A stretch of 64,000 nucleotides of DNA from Candidatus Bathyarchaeota archaeon (GCA_963832745.1 CAWHVC010000004.1:128001-192000), one strand, 5' to 3'. Positions 9,730-20,224 are shown, counted from the stretch's first letter. Translations and numbers: made by a program. The notes: a model not told the origin generated them from the letters alone.

Positions 9730-12342
9730 ATGTGGAGACCTGTAATGTATTTAAAAAATAAACCATTAGTGTTCATGTTTTTAGTTATTCTGATCCTGTC
9801 AGACGTCGCTGTAATGACAAATTCCCAATTTAACACAGCATCAGCACAACTTGCCACACAACAACCTGTCAGTGGACCGCTACAATCAGATGTTACTGTT
9901 GATGCAACAATTGACACCATCGCCCACCTCAGCTTTAGACCAAACCCTGTAGGAATGGGACAAACTTTTCTGGTCAACCTTTGGATGCAACCACCAATTC
10001 ACGCTCAGCGGATGTTTATCGACGCCTTCATAGTCACAATTACCAAACCTGATGGAACCGAAGATGTCATTGGTCCTTTAAGCTCCTACACTGGCGATGG
10101 AACTGCATGGTTTGAATACTTGGCAGATCAAGTTGGGGTCTGGAAAATCAAGTTTGATTTCTTAGGAATGTATTGCCCAGCAGGACGATACTATAACGGC
10201 TATATTGTAACAAACAGTTCAGGTACGCAATTCAACTCATCGGTATACTACAAACCAAGTTCAGATGGACCTTACGAGATAGTTGTACAGAATGAACAAG
10301 TCGCTTCTTATCCTTCATCATCATTACCGACTGACTACTGGACCAGACCCATAGAGCCCATTAATAGAGACTGGTGGTCAATTCTTGGGAACTGGCCATC
10401 AACCGGCGTTGTAGGTGGAGGTGATTATTGGCCAGAAGAAACCAACACTTACAACGTCTATAATGGCGGAACCATGAACAATTATTATGTTGCATACGTA
10501 ACAGCGCCAAACAGTGCACATGTAGTTTGGAAGCGACAGTTCGCAATAGGTGGTCTCATAGGAGGGTCAATGGGGCAACAAAGTGTTGGTGACACTGCCA
10601 CATTGATTTATGGTCACCCAAAAATCATCTATGCGGGAAGAGCTTATCAGACAGTCACTAAAGAGTCCAATGGAGTAGTACAATCAGTGTGGCAGTGCTA
10701 TGACATTCGCACTGGTGAAGTATTCTGGGAAATATCCGGCATAACTCAACCGCCAACATTCATCATGTATGATGATGGTGGTACTACAGGTAATGACGCT
10801 AACGCACAACCATTCACGGCAACAGCATATCTGGGTTATATTGGCGGTGGCAGACTGATAAAGTATCGGCCATTTACCGGAGAAGTAGTGGGGAACTATT
10901 CAATCGCTCCCTTGACGACAGGAGTCTTCTACGCTGATCCATATGTTCTTAGCATTCAGAATATCGGCAATACAGCGAACCCTAACTACCGGTTGATCAA
11001 GTGGACCACCAAAGGAACCCTTGCCAACCTGACAGTTAGCTCAGGCACTAGAATAGTCAGTAACATTTCTTGGCCCTTCAGCACTTTAGGAAACTGTGCT
11101 GATTTCGAAACAGGCATAGCTGTTTCCACGGTAGCAGTTACTAATCCTGCCACTCAAGTAGCCACTGAAACCCGAATAATGGCTGCAAGCCTGACAACAG
11201 GACAACTGCTATGGAACATTTCATCCGGCGTCAACACAGGACAATTCAGCGCAGGCATCGCATTAGCTGATCACGGAAAATACGCCACACGATTTAACGA
11301 TGGGTATTGGTACTGCTGGAATCTAAACACAGGTAAACAATTATGGAAAAGTGAATTATCCAGCTGGCCCTGGGGAACATTCGGAACCTACGGCACAACA
11401 TCATATGGCGGCATGATAATCTCAAGCAATTATGACTGCATTTCAGCAATTGACTGGGATACTGGAAAAATAATCTGGAAATTCGAGGCCGCAACAAACC
11501 CATACGAAACACCGTACACAGGTGAAAACGGCACAACAGTAAATTCTTGGCACAGCGTAGCCTGCGTTGCCGACGGAAAAATCTACACATTTAACGCAGA
11601 ACACTCACCTGACCAGCCGTTAAAACGAGGTTGGAAGTTCCAATGCATCAACGCCACCAACGGTGAAGGTATCTGGAACATAGCGGCCACCCAAGCTGGA
11701 GGAGGAGATGGTTCACGGGTTTTCCAAGGTGCTATAGCGGACGGATATGTAGCATTTTCTGACGCATATGACGGATATATGTACGTGATTGGCAAAGGTA
11801 AAAGTGCAACAACAATTGAAGGACCGCAAACTGAAGTAACACTAGGGCAAAGTGTCATAATAACCGGTGCCGTGCTAGACAAGTCTCCGGGGCAACCAGA
11901 TACGCCATGTGTATCTAAAGAATCAATGACTACACAAATGGAATATTTGCACATGCAATATCCTATCGATGGTGTTTACCACAACATTTCGATAACGGGT
12001 GTTCCTGTTTCGTTGGACGCTGTTGATCCAAATGGCAATTATGTACACATTGGCGATATTACATCTGATGGGTATAGCGGTACGTTTGGCATTACTTGGG
12101 AGCCCGAAGTTTCGGGGCAATACACTGTAACTGCTACATTTACTGGCGATGACTCTTATGGCAGCTCGTTTGCAACAACTTATGTGGGCGTAACTGAAGC
12201 TCCAGCGGCGTCACCTTCACCAACATCCGTTAGCTTTGATGCAATCAATAGTAACTTGTCAATGACTGTCATTGGCGGCGTTATTGCAATAATTATTGCA
12301 GTGGCATTGGCTACCCTTTTGATTCTTAGAAAGCGACCATAA
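9730..12342 (+). CDS. Secreted PQQ-like beta-propeller repeat protein (copy 3)
   Basis: Same motifs as copies 1 and 2, TM plus RKRP tail. The start may be ATG 9745. Confidence 0.85.
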   Translation: MWRPVMYLKNKPLVFMFLVILILSDVAVMTNSQFNTASAQLATQQPVSGPLQSDVTVDATIDTIAHLSFRPNPVGMGQTFLVNLWMQPPIHAQRMFIDAFIVTITKPDGTEDVIGPLSSYTGDGTAWFEYLADQVGVWKIKFDFLGMYCPAGRYYNGYIVTNSSGTQFNSSVYYKPSSDGPYEIVVQNEQVASYPSSSLPTDYWTRPIEPINRDWWSILGNWPSTGVVGGGDYWPEETNTYNVYNGGTMNNYYVAYVTAPNSAHVVWKRQFAIGGLIGGSMGQQSVGDTATLIYGHPKIIYAGRAYQTVTKESNGVVQSVWQCYDIRTGEVFWEISGITQPPTFIMYDDGGTTGNDANAQPFTATAYLGYIGGGRLIKYRPFTGEVVGNYSIAPLTTGVFYADPYVLSIQNIGNTANPNYRLIKWTTKGTLANLTVSSGTRIVSNISWPFSTLGNCADFETGIAVSTVAVTNPATQVATETRIMAASLTTGQLLWNISSGVNTGQFSAGIALADHGKYATRFNDGYWYCWNLNTGKQLWKSELSSWPWGTFGTYGTTSYGGMIISSNYDCISAIDWDTGKIIWKFEAATNPYETPYTGENGTTVNSWHSVACVADGKIYTFNAEHSPDQPLKRGWKFQCINATNGEGIWNIAATQAGGGDGSRVFQGAIADGYVAFSDAYDGYMYVIGKGKSATTIEGPQTEVTLGQSVIITGAVLDKSPGQPDTPCVSKESMTTQMEYLHMQYPIDGVYHNISITGVPVSLDAVDPNGNYVHIGDITSDGYSGTFGITWEPEVSGQYTVTATFTGDDSYGSSFATTYVGVTEAPAASPSPTSVSFDAINSNLSMTVIGGVIAIIIAVALATLLILRKRP

Positions 12343-12566
12343 AAAACTAAAGCAATCAACACACCTACTTTTTCCCTTTTTTAATTCTTAAGTTTAGAGA
12401 AAGCGTTGAGACGGTTTTCAATTGCATTTACCAAGCAATTGCGTGTTTCATCTTCTCATTTGATTCCGGTAAAAGGTCAGGATATTCTAAATTTCAAATA
12501 TTGCCGCTTCTTATTAAGGACTATTTTTATTAATTAAAAAAATTAAAAATTGTGCTTTTTGTAATA

Positions 12567-13376
12567 CTAAGCAGTAATACTGTTTTGTTGTATTTCTGTT
12601 ATCCAAAGGTATTCAAAATAGCCTCTTACTATTGCAACAATTGAACTATTGTTTGTCCATAACAGTGGTGTATCGCACAATCCTGCTTTGTTAGATGTGC
12701 AGATTATAACTTCTTTTTTATCATGAATAGTAAATAACGCCGAAGGCACCGTACTGGTGTATTTTATTTCTGACCCATTTTTATTTATTAGCTTCAGTAT
12801 CGGATTTTCTGACCATAAATTAATATTTCTGGGGTTTTCGATAATAAATCGGAATTTCACGCCTTTCTCTATTGCTTTTTTGGTTAACGCAGCAAGTTTC
12901 ATGTCAGTATATGATTTATGCGCCTTCCAGGATATAACAGCCTCAATGCTGTTACTAGTATTTCTTAACATTTCTCTTCTTTTTTGTATCAATATTTTTG
13001 TTCCGGGAAATAAAATCAAGTCAGAATCTCTTGCAGAGATTTCATCAGTATTTTTTTCTATTTTCACTTCTTTTATAAGCTCTTTAATCCTTCTTTCCAA
13101 TTCTTCTATTTCTTCTCTTTTACGATTAATCATTATAGGTAGCGCTTGTTCAATTTGGGTTGCTTCAAACTTTTTTGGGTATGCAACAACTTTTTGAATT
13201 AATCCATTTTTCTCGAAAATATCCATGATGCGATAAATGTCGGGGCATGCCACTCCTGAGTGTTTGGCTAACGTTTTTGCGCTGGGCCTTCCTAATCTGA
13301 TAAGTGTCAGATAAACGTGTGCTTGTGTGGGGCTCAATCCCAAGAGCTCTAATGTTTTCTCTTTTTCTTGAACCAT
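12567..13376 (-). CDS. TrmB family transcriptional regulator
   Basis: LELLGLSPTQAHVYLTL wHTH; C-terminal IHDKKEVII and YFEYLW. Confidence 0.88.
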   Translation of the reverse strand: MVQEKEKTLELLGLSPTQAHVYLTLIRLGRPSAKTLAKHSGVACPDIYRIMDIFEKNGLIQKVVAYPKKFEATQIEQALPIMINRKREEIEELERRIKELIKEVKIEKNTDEISARDSDLILFPGTKILIQKRREMLRNTSNSIEAVISWKAHKSYTDMKLAALTKKAIEKGVKFRFIIENPRNINLWSENPILKLINKNGSEIKYTSTVPSALFTIHDKKEVIICTSNKAGLCDTPLLWTNNSSIVAIVRGYFEYLWITEIQQNSITA

Positions 13377-13533
13377 GCCGTTGTTCCCCTTCCTCTTATT
13401 AGGAATTCATTTAGCTTATTGAGTTTTCGTGTTAACATTGATTCATTTTTGGATTAATTTTGCGTAATTTCCACTAAATGTGTCTTAAATGTATTTTTCA
13501 GTAATATTCATTAAGAAAAAATAAGGGATAAAT

Positions 13534-13722
13534 ATGAAAAATTTAAAAAATACAAAATCTTTTGCAATTTTTGTCACATTTCTATTGATTGCTTCTGCCA
13601 TTCCATTGACTCTGCCAATTGAATCAGCCCAAGCACAGCTTTCAGAAACACAACCCATAAGCGGTGAACAACCCTCCTGTGTTACACCTATTAATCCGAA
13701 CCCGAAGATGGGGCATTCTTGA
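13534..13722 (+). pseudogene. Truncated fourth beta-propeller gene (signal peptide and first residues only)
   Basis: AQAQLSETQPISG..P..VT matches copy 3 ASAQLATQQPVSGPLQSDVT. Similarity stops near 13690. Divergent from a trmB gene, as copy 2 is. Confidence 0.8.
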
Positions 13723-13746
13723 ATCCAGTACAACTTAGGAGTTTTT

Positions 13747-15226
13747 TTACCTTGGTATTACTGCTAAGTAGGGTTCGGGTGCCATGTCTGTTGTTGCATA
13801 CACTGCTAGTGCTATGCTCCAGAAGACGTCGTCGTGTGTTCCCTGCGGATGACTAAATGCTAAACCGCCATCGGCACGTAAAGCAAATCGCTCTACGTTC
13901 AACTCGTTACAGATATCACCCCGATACGGCTTCTCAAACGAAACCATAGGATAGAAGAGCCGCCCATCTTGCATACGCTTCCTAAGCAGGCTAGCCATCT
14001 CACTTTTACGAGGCACACTAAAGTTAACGCCCTCAGCATTCTCGATGCCTGCGTTTTCCATGTCAGCTATGAAACTTGGGCCTTCACGGGTAATATCCAC
14101 TCGAATTTTTTGAAAGCCTCCCCAGCGATCCTGAAGGGTCTTGATGTAACCCAAAACGGAGGCATCATAGGTTGGATGTGGAAAAATTTTCAGATGCCTT
14201 AGCAAAAGCTTCTCATCAACCGACTCCACAACTGATAACACATGAAAATCCTTAGTTTGTGCTGGATCTAAACCCGCATAAAAGTTGCCTTCACTGCTGG
14301 ATTCAGGGTTAAGCATCTGTAGGTCCATGCCGCAGTTCTTCTCTGTGCCGATGCATGAAGCAATTAAGCTCTGATTTAGCCAGACGTTATCATCTTCAAC
14401 CCAATCCGCCATCATTTCCCGCTGCCAACGAGAGAAATCATCGCCCATCTGAGTCTTTATCTGCCCAATAATGTTAGGCTTAAGAGGCCCGTTTGGAAAA
14501 AGCGCCTGCTCATAGGTGACATGTGAGGTTTTAAAGCAACTAAAATCTTTGTTGATTAAATATTTTAAAAAAGATGCTGTCGGTATGCCATGGTGTGCTG
14601 CTGCAGACGAATTTGCCATCTGTTGTGCCAAGCGTGTAAAGAATGGCGTCGTAGAGGTCTTGATCGTTGGCTACAAAGTTGAATTCGTCAGCGTAGACTA
14701 CGTGCAGCGTTGGTCCCCTGATTGTTTCTGGGTTATTGGGGAAAGCTTCGATGCTGCTTCCGTTGGCGAAGTGAATCTGGGTTTTCTGGGGCTTAAAGAC
14801 GATGCCGGCTGGAAGCCTTTGTGCAAGGGCTGCTATGCGTGCTATGATGCGTTTGCTCTGGCGCCAACTGGGCCCCACTACACCAACTGAAACGTTTGGG
14901 TGTGTAACGGCGTACTTTAGAAGCAGCGCCGAGATGGTTTGAGTTTTACCGCTCTGCCGACACCATCGTGCTGCGGTAAACTGGTTATTCTCAAAGATAT
15001 CAATGAACTCTCTCTGGTAATTGTAGGGTTTGAAACCAATAATTTGCTCAAAAAACAAGTCAGAGCCAGCGCTGAATACTTCAGTCTGCCTTGTAACTGC
15101 CCCTGTGAGTTCAGTGTTTTTTTGCTCAAACGTACGCCATTTATCCAGGAACTGGTTGGGACGTAGAGCCCTGGCTTTTGGCTTGAATTTCTTTGAGCGC
15201 CTGCTGTAGCTTCGCATTCTGCTCAA
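13747..15226 (-). pseudogene. Terminase large subunit-like ATPase/nuclease, split by a +1 frameshift near 14550-14570
   Basis: Upstream ORF 14540-15226 has YNYQ, Walker A RQSGKT, Walker B VVYADE and CSSTP. Downstream ORF 13747-14631 has WQREMMADW, nuclease motif FYAGLD and HDDVFWSIALA. Confidence 0.85.
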
Positions 15227-15602
15227 CCACCATGTTTAACTTGTTTTCTACTTCCCGATAATGAACATAGTCAACGATGAGTTCCTTGTACATTTTTGAG
15301 ATATTAGCCACTGTCTGTAAACGTTGAACCTCAACCCTGCTCAACCCAGACTTTACGGAGGCTTTGAGTGCACCGGCTAGAATTTTAGCAGTTTCCTCAA
15401 CACTTGGCAACTCCTTTGGAATAGTAACCGACGTATTCACAAAACCAGCACTTTCAAGCTGCAAGCCCATCCGCTGACACTTGGTGACTACAGCTTTAGG
15501 CGATTTATTAAGTTTAGCAGCAATCACATCAACACCGCTACCTGCACCAACAAGAACCCGCAGATCTGCTTCCTCTGCAGCCGTCCAAACTTTACCCGTC
15601 AT
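15141..15602 (-). CDS. HTH plus coiled-coil protein, positional candidate for terminase small subunit
   Basis: N-terminal WTAAEEADL...IAAKLNKS..AV (Myb/GcrA-like HTH), helical middle, C-terminal heptads. Overlaps the start of the terL-like gene. Confidence 0.6.
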   Translation of the reverse strand: MTGKVWTAAEEADLRVLVGAGSGVDVIAAKLNKSPKAVVTKCQRMGLQLESAGFVNTSVTIPKELPSVEETAKILAGALKASVKSGLSRVEVQRLQTVANISKMYKELIVDYVHYREVENKLNMVVEQNAKLQQALKEIQAKSQGSTSQPVPG

Positions 15603-15628
15603 ACCAACAGCCCGACAACATACAGCAA

Positions 15629-15636
15629 CTTATAAA
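15629..15636 (-). promoter_or_regulatory. TATA box for the HTH-terL unit
   Basis: TTTATAAG on the minus strand about 30 nt upstream of ATG 15602. Confidence 0.5.
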
Positions 15637-15649
15637 CTTGTACTCAAAA

Positions 15650-15935
15650 CAATAAAACCCAAAAACTGTACAACACCAACACAAATGCAGCAACCCATCC
15701 TCACCCCACCCAACCAACATACCCCCAACAACAAAAATCCACCCCACCCATCCCAAACCAACCCAAAAAACACCCCAAAACAAAAAACCAAACCCCCCCA
15801 CAACCAAAAACCGGGACAAGAAAACCCCAAAACACCCACCCCCACAAAAAACAAAAAATATTGTAAAACTGTTGCTACTTCTTAAAGAAAAAGAAAAACA
15901 AAATTAAAAAAACCACAAACCACTAGAAACCATAA
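15650..15935. repeat. Extremely A/C-skewed low-complexity tract (G/T-rich on the minus strand)
   Basis: Between 15691 and 15850 the only G residues on the plus strand are in ccgggacaag. Many C3-C7 runs. Confidence 0.85.
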
Positions 15936-15939
15936 CAAC

Positions 15940-16434
15940 TCACAAATCAGTACCGGTGACGTCTGGCTTAGTGGATTTACGTTTTTTTGTTCGCCACGTT
16001 AAACCGCTAAAGATTGTAATCGCCAAAAGAACCACAAAAACCACTACCTTGATTACTGTGAAATCTTGTAAGGCCGAGTAAAGTGCAAACGCTGCCGGAA
16101 ACGCCCCCACAAACAAAGTAAAAAATATTGCTGTAGGCAGCTTGTAACTGTATTTGTAGTCTTTAAAGATGCGCCTGCCAAAGTACAATGCCGCCAAGCG
16201 TCCCATGCCATGAGTGCATTTTATACAATTATAACACGGCCGTAAACATCCAATGAAATGCAGCACACCATAAATTGCTATCAACGCCACTACAAAAAAT
16301 ACTACACCCGCTGTTACGTCATATAATAGAAAAGCGATCGTGTCAAGAACAATCCACCCGAAAAGAGCAAGGTTACCGAATACAACCAATTTTTCAGGAA
16401 AGAAAATTGGTCGACCATTTTTTGGTTCTGCCAT
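15940..16434 (-). CDS. Hypothetical four-TM protein with a Cys cluster
   Basis: 164 aa, four hydrophobic segments, CLRPCYNCIKCTHG between helices 2 and 3. Confidence 0.7.
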   Translation of the reverse strand: MAEPKNGRPIFFPEKLVVFGNLALFGWIVLDTIAFLLYDVTAGVVFFVVALIAIYGVLHFIGCLRPCYNCIKCTHGMGRLAALYFGRRIFKDYKYSYKLPTAIFFTLFVGAFPAAFALYSALQDFTVIKVVVFVVLLAITIFSGLTWRTKKRKSTKPDVTGTDL

Positions 16435-16681
16435 GCAAACCTATTGACACAGATAGCATATAAGCATTACAATATATGCATCACCAGCAAAGGCGCATTA
16501 ATTTTTGATGATTTTATCGAACTCACAATTCAAACGTACCGGAAAACCTGCACAAAACTTTCTGATTACAAAAAAACCTTCAATGAACACAAAGTCTAGT
16601 GCCTAACCTATTTTATTAGTAAGTTGCTCAAATGTAGGAGGGCTTTTATAATCAATGCAGAGATTGTAGGTTGAACCTAAC

Positions 16682-17926
16682 TTGCCGATTGTTTACCTAT
16701 GCAGAAAATGCAATAAACAGTACACAAAGGAAGAGTATGCTCAAAGCAGATTCTGTAAAGAATGCGGTTCTTACTTGCTGCTAAATTTTAGAACACCCGA
16801 TAACGGTTTAACAGTTGATACAGGACCAGAAAAACCTGTTAATTCTCTTAAAGAAAAATCTGCACTAAGTAGGGCTGCTGAGAGCCTTAGACAAAAGGTA
16901 GGCAACTCAAAAGAGTATGAAGTCATATCCAAAACAGCACAGGCAGAGTCCAAAAAACCTGCATTTGATAATTGGATATGGAGCTCTGAGTACGATTTAG
17001 CTTTAAAATTTGAAAAAACGCTAATCGAAAAATACCACGGCAAAAGCCTTGAAAATGCCCTGCCTGGAAAAGTAGTTTCTAATGAGCAAGGAGAATGTTA
17101 CTCCATTTCAGACTCTTGCACTTCAGACTTCAAATTAGCAACTTATGAAGAAAGCAGGCGACACCTTATCTCTGACTTAAAGGTCTTATCGGGGATAGGT
17201 CCTGTAAGTGAACAAACACTTAAAACCCAAGGCTACACAACGGTGGAAGAATTGATGCGCCATCCCCGATGGCAAAAACAAGCAAACGACTACATGAAAA
17301 TGATTAATAAAAAAGAAGCAGCTTCAACCCAGAAATGGCTATGGCAACGTCTCCCAAAATCTCACCCGCTACTCCATTATTTAGCTGGGTTCTGCCAAAC
17401 TCAAGACTTCGCCATAGTAGACATCGAAACCTTGGGGTTATCAGAAAGACCCATAATCCTGCTAGGCATAGCAAAACCCTGCAAAGACCATATTTGCTCT
17501 AGCCAGTTTTTACTGCGAGATATCCAAGATGAACCCGGCGCCATATGGGCTCTTATTTCACAATTAGAACCCAATTCATCGCTGATAACTTTTAACGGTC
17601 GAAGCTTTGACATCCCCTACATTAAACAAAGATTAGCTTACTACGGATTAGACGCATCCTTAGAAAACACGCACTTTGATATTCTCCATTTCACAAGACG
17701 CGCCTTAAAACATAAACTATCAGATTGCAAACTGGAAACAGTTGAAAAATACATCGGAATCAAAAGAGACATAGACATCCCCGGCGCCTTGGTTCCCCAT
17801 TATTATGACACCTATCTAAGAACCAAAAACCCCGGACCCCTGGTCGCCATAGTTGAGCATAACAAACAAGACCTATTAACACTTGGAACACTGTTCTCTA
17901 AACTCTACGAGGAATGGACACTTTGA
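16682..17926 (+). CDS. RNase H-like (YprB/MrfB-type) exonuclease with an N-terminal zinc ribbon
   Basis: DIETLGL, TFNGRSFDIPYI, HFDILH, HNKQDL. N-terminal CRKC...CKEC. HhH-like LSGIGP. Confidence 0.85.
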   Translation: MPIVYLCRKCNKQYTKEEYAQSRFCKECGSYLLLNFRTPDNGLTVDTGPEKPVNSLKEKSALSRAAESLRQKVGNSKEYEVISKTAQAESKKPAFDNWIWSSEYDLALKFEKTLIEKYHGKSLENALPGKVVSNEQGECYSISDSCTSDFKLATYEESRRHLISDLKVLSGIGPVSEQTLKTQGYTTVEELMRHPRWQKQANDYMKMINKKEAASTQKWLWQRLPKSHPLLHYLAGFCQTQDFAIVDIETLGLSERPIILLGIAKPCKDHICSSQFLLRDIQDEPGAIWALISQLEPNSSLITFNGRSFDIPYIKQRLAYYGLDASLENTHFDILHFTRRALKHKLSDCKLETVEKYIGIKRDIDIPGALVPHYYDTYLRTKNPGPLVAIVEHNKQDLLTLGTLFSKLYEEWTL

Positions 17927-20206
17927 TAGACGACTTCATCCAAAGCATTAAACGGATGCGTTCCTACAAAAAACAGATCGTCCACATAGAAGAAATTTCA
18001 TCCCAAGACGCCTGCTTTGGAGAATCTAGAAAAGCCCCTTCCCGAAAACATCCAAAACTGCCTGCTTAAACTGGGAATCAAGCTTTATTCCCATCAAGCC
18101 CAAGCCATAAACAAAGCACGAGCAGGCAAAAACGTGGTAATCGTTACACCAACAGCTTCGGGAAAAACTTTTGCGTTCAACATTCCAGTGCTTGAAGCCC
18201 TCACAAACGACAAAAAAGCGTCGGCGCTATACCTCTATCCAACCAAAGCGCTGACAAATGACCAGCTCAAAGTGCTCCGAAGTATAGAAGAAGAAACAGG
18301 CATTGACGCATACTCAAACATTTACGATGGCGATACCCCCTCGCATCAAAGGGCAAGCATCCGCGAAAATTCTAAAATCATCTTAACCAACCCCTATGGA
18401 CTCCACCAGTACCTTCCATGGCACTATAAATGGCGAAGCTTTCTGCAAAACCTCAAATTCATAGTAATCGACGAAGCACACGTTTACCGCGGCGTCTTTG
18501 GCTCAAACGTAGCCATGCTGCTAAGGCGGCTGCTAAGGATATGCAATTATTATCATGCAAACCCACAAATCATTCTCTCATCAGCTACCATCGCTAACCC
18601 ACAAGAGCACGCCCAAAGACTGACGGGAAAAGACTTCGAAATCATCTCAAACGACGGTGCACCCAGAGGGAAAAAATCATTCATGTTCTGGAACCCACCA
18701 TTCATCGACGCAGCTAACACTATCCGGCGATCCACACACCAAGAAACCCGTGATCTCCTGACTCTTAACATCCAAAAAAACCTGCAAACACTCTGCTTTA
18801 CAACATCCAGACAAATGACTGAATTAATCACCCGATGGACCAAAGATGAACTCCAACGAAGAACTCCTAAACTTGCCAACTCGGTAACAGCCTATAGAGC
18901 AGGTTATCTTCCCCAAGAACGACGCGACATAGAAAACCGCCTAAAAACCAAGAAACTAATCGGCGTAGTCTCAACCAACGCGTTGGAACTGGGTATAGAC
19001 ATTGGTTCGCTGGATTCAGTGATAATCTCGGGTTACCCGGGAACAGTTATATCCACTTGGCAACAAGCAGGACGCGCAGGCAGAAGCAACACCGACTCAA
19101 TCGTGACATTAGTTGCTTTCCAAAATCCCCTAGACCAGTACTTCATGAAACACCCCCAAGACTTCTTTGGCAGACCCCACGAGCAAGCAATAATCGACCT
19201 GCACAACCGTTACATCTCCTTAGGTCACATTATGTGTGCGGCAAGCGAGCTACCCCTAATGGATGCCGACCAAAGATTCTTCCCAGAACTATTCCAAGAA
19301 AGTATTCAAGCCTTGGAAGAACAACAATTAATCCGCAAAACCCCCCGAGGATACGTCTACTCAGGCACAGCAAGACCCGCCGAAGTGGTAAATCTCGAAA
19401 GCATCTCCCATCAAACCGTAACTGTAACCTGCAACGGAAACCTACTCGAAACCCTCACCGTAAACAAAGCCTATGAAGAAGCACACACAGGTGCAGTTTT
19501 GCTTCATCAAGGCGAAACCTACATTGTTGAAGATTTAGACCTCAACATGTTAACCGCTAACGTGCGGCAGGAAAACGTCAACTACTACACTGAAGCACTA
19601 AAAACCGTTGACGTCGCCATAAAGAAAACCTTTGAAGAAAAACAAGCTGGTGTTAAAGTTGGACTTGGCGAATTGCTTACAACGGAAACTTACCATACAT
19701 ACGTTATCAAAACGTACGATGAAGTAATCAAAAGACAACCCCTAACTCTGCCCTCGTTATCCTTCTCAACTGTCGGCATGTGGTTTACAGTTCCAAATAA
19801 AATACGCTCAGAAATTGAAGAGCAAGGGCTCGATTTTGACGGCGGATTGCACGCGGTTGAACATGCTATGATTGCTATGTCGCCGATATTTGCTATGTGC
19901 GATAGGTGGGATATTGGCGGTTTATCTACACCTTTGCATCCGGACACCGGGGAACCAACAGTTTTCATTTACGATGGCTTTGAAGGTGGAATCGGAATCT
20001 CTGAAGCGCTTTATGCTAAAATAACGTCTCTTTGGGAGAAGACTCTGCAGCTAATCGATAACTGTGAATGCAAAGACGGTTGCCCCTCATGCATATACTC
20101 GCCAAAATGTGGCAACGAAAATGAACCTTTAGACAAAAAAGCTGCAAGCATAATCTTAAAACACCTCTTAAAATTATGCCCAACAAGCATAACGCCCACA
20201 AAATGA
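17923..20206 (+). CDS. DEAH-box helicase with C-terminal DUF1998 zinc domain (MrfA/Hrq1/SftH family); apparent +1 frameshift near 18020
   Basis: TPTASGKT, YPTKAL, DEAH, SAT, TNALELGIDIG, QQAGRAGR, CECKDGCPSC. An N-terminal segment MIDDFIQ...QIVHIEEI...FG lies in another frame, starting at a TTG that overlaps the upstream stop. Confidence 0.9.
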
Positions 20207-20224
20207 GTACAGACGCCAAAAAAG

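Noticed and set aside
13696-13778. Inverted pair ccgaaccc / gggttcgg around the truncation junction
   Set aside because: Only 8 bp, one arm lies in the terL coding end, and I found no matching end or target duplication on the other side of the unit.
15481-15885. Pro/Asn/Lys-rich and Gly/Val/Phe-rich ORFs over the A/C tract
   Set aside because: Open frames are an expected by-product of the extreme base skew; no protein-like features.
20148-20179. 12-8-12 inverted repeat gcataatcttaa-aacacctc-ttaaaattatgc near the end of the intact AbrB-like gene
   Set aside because: Resembles a recombinase site but is AT-rich, lies within helicase coding sequence and does not match the 4508/9403 site; a single occurrence is insufficient.
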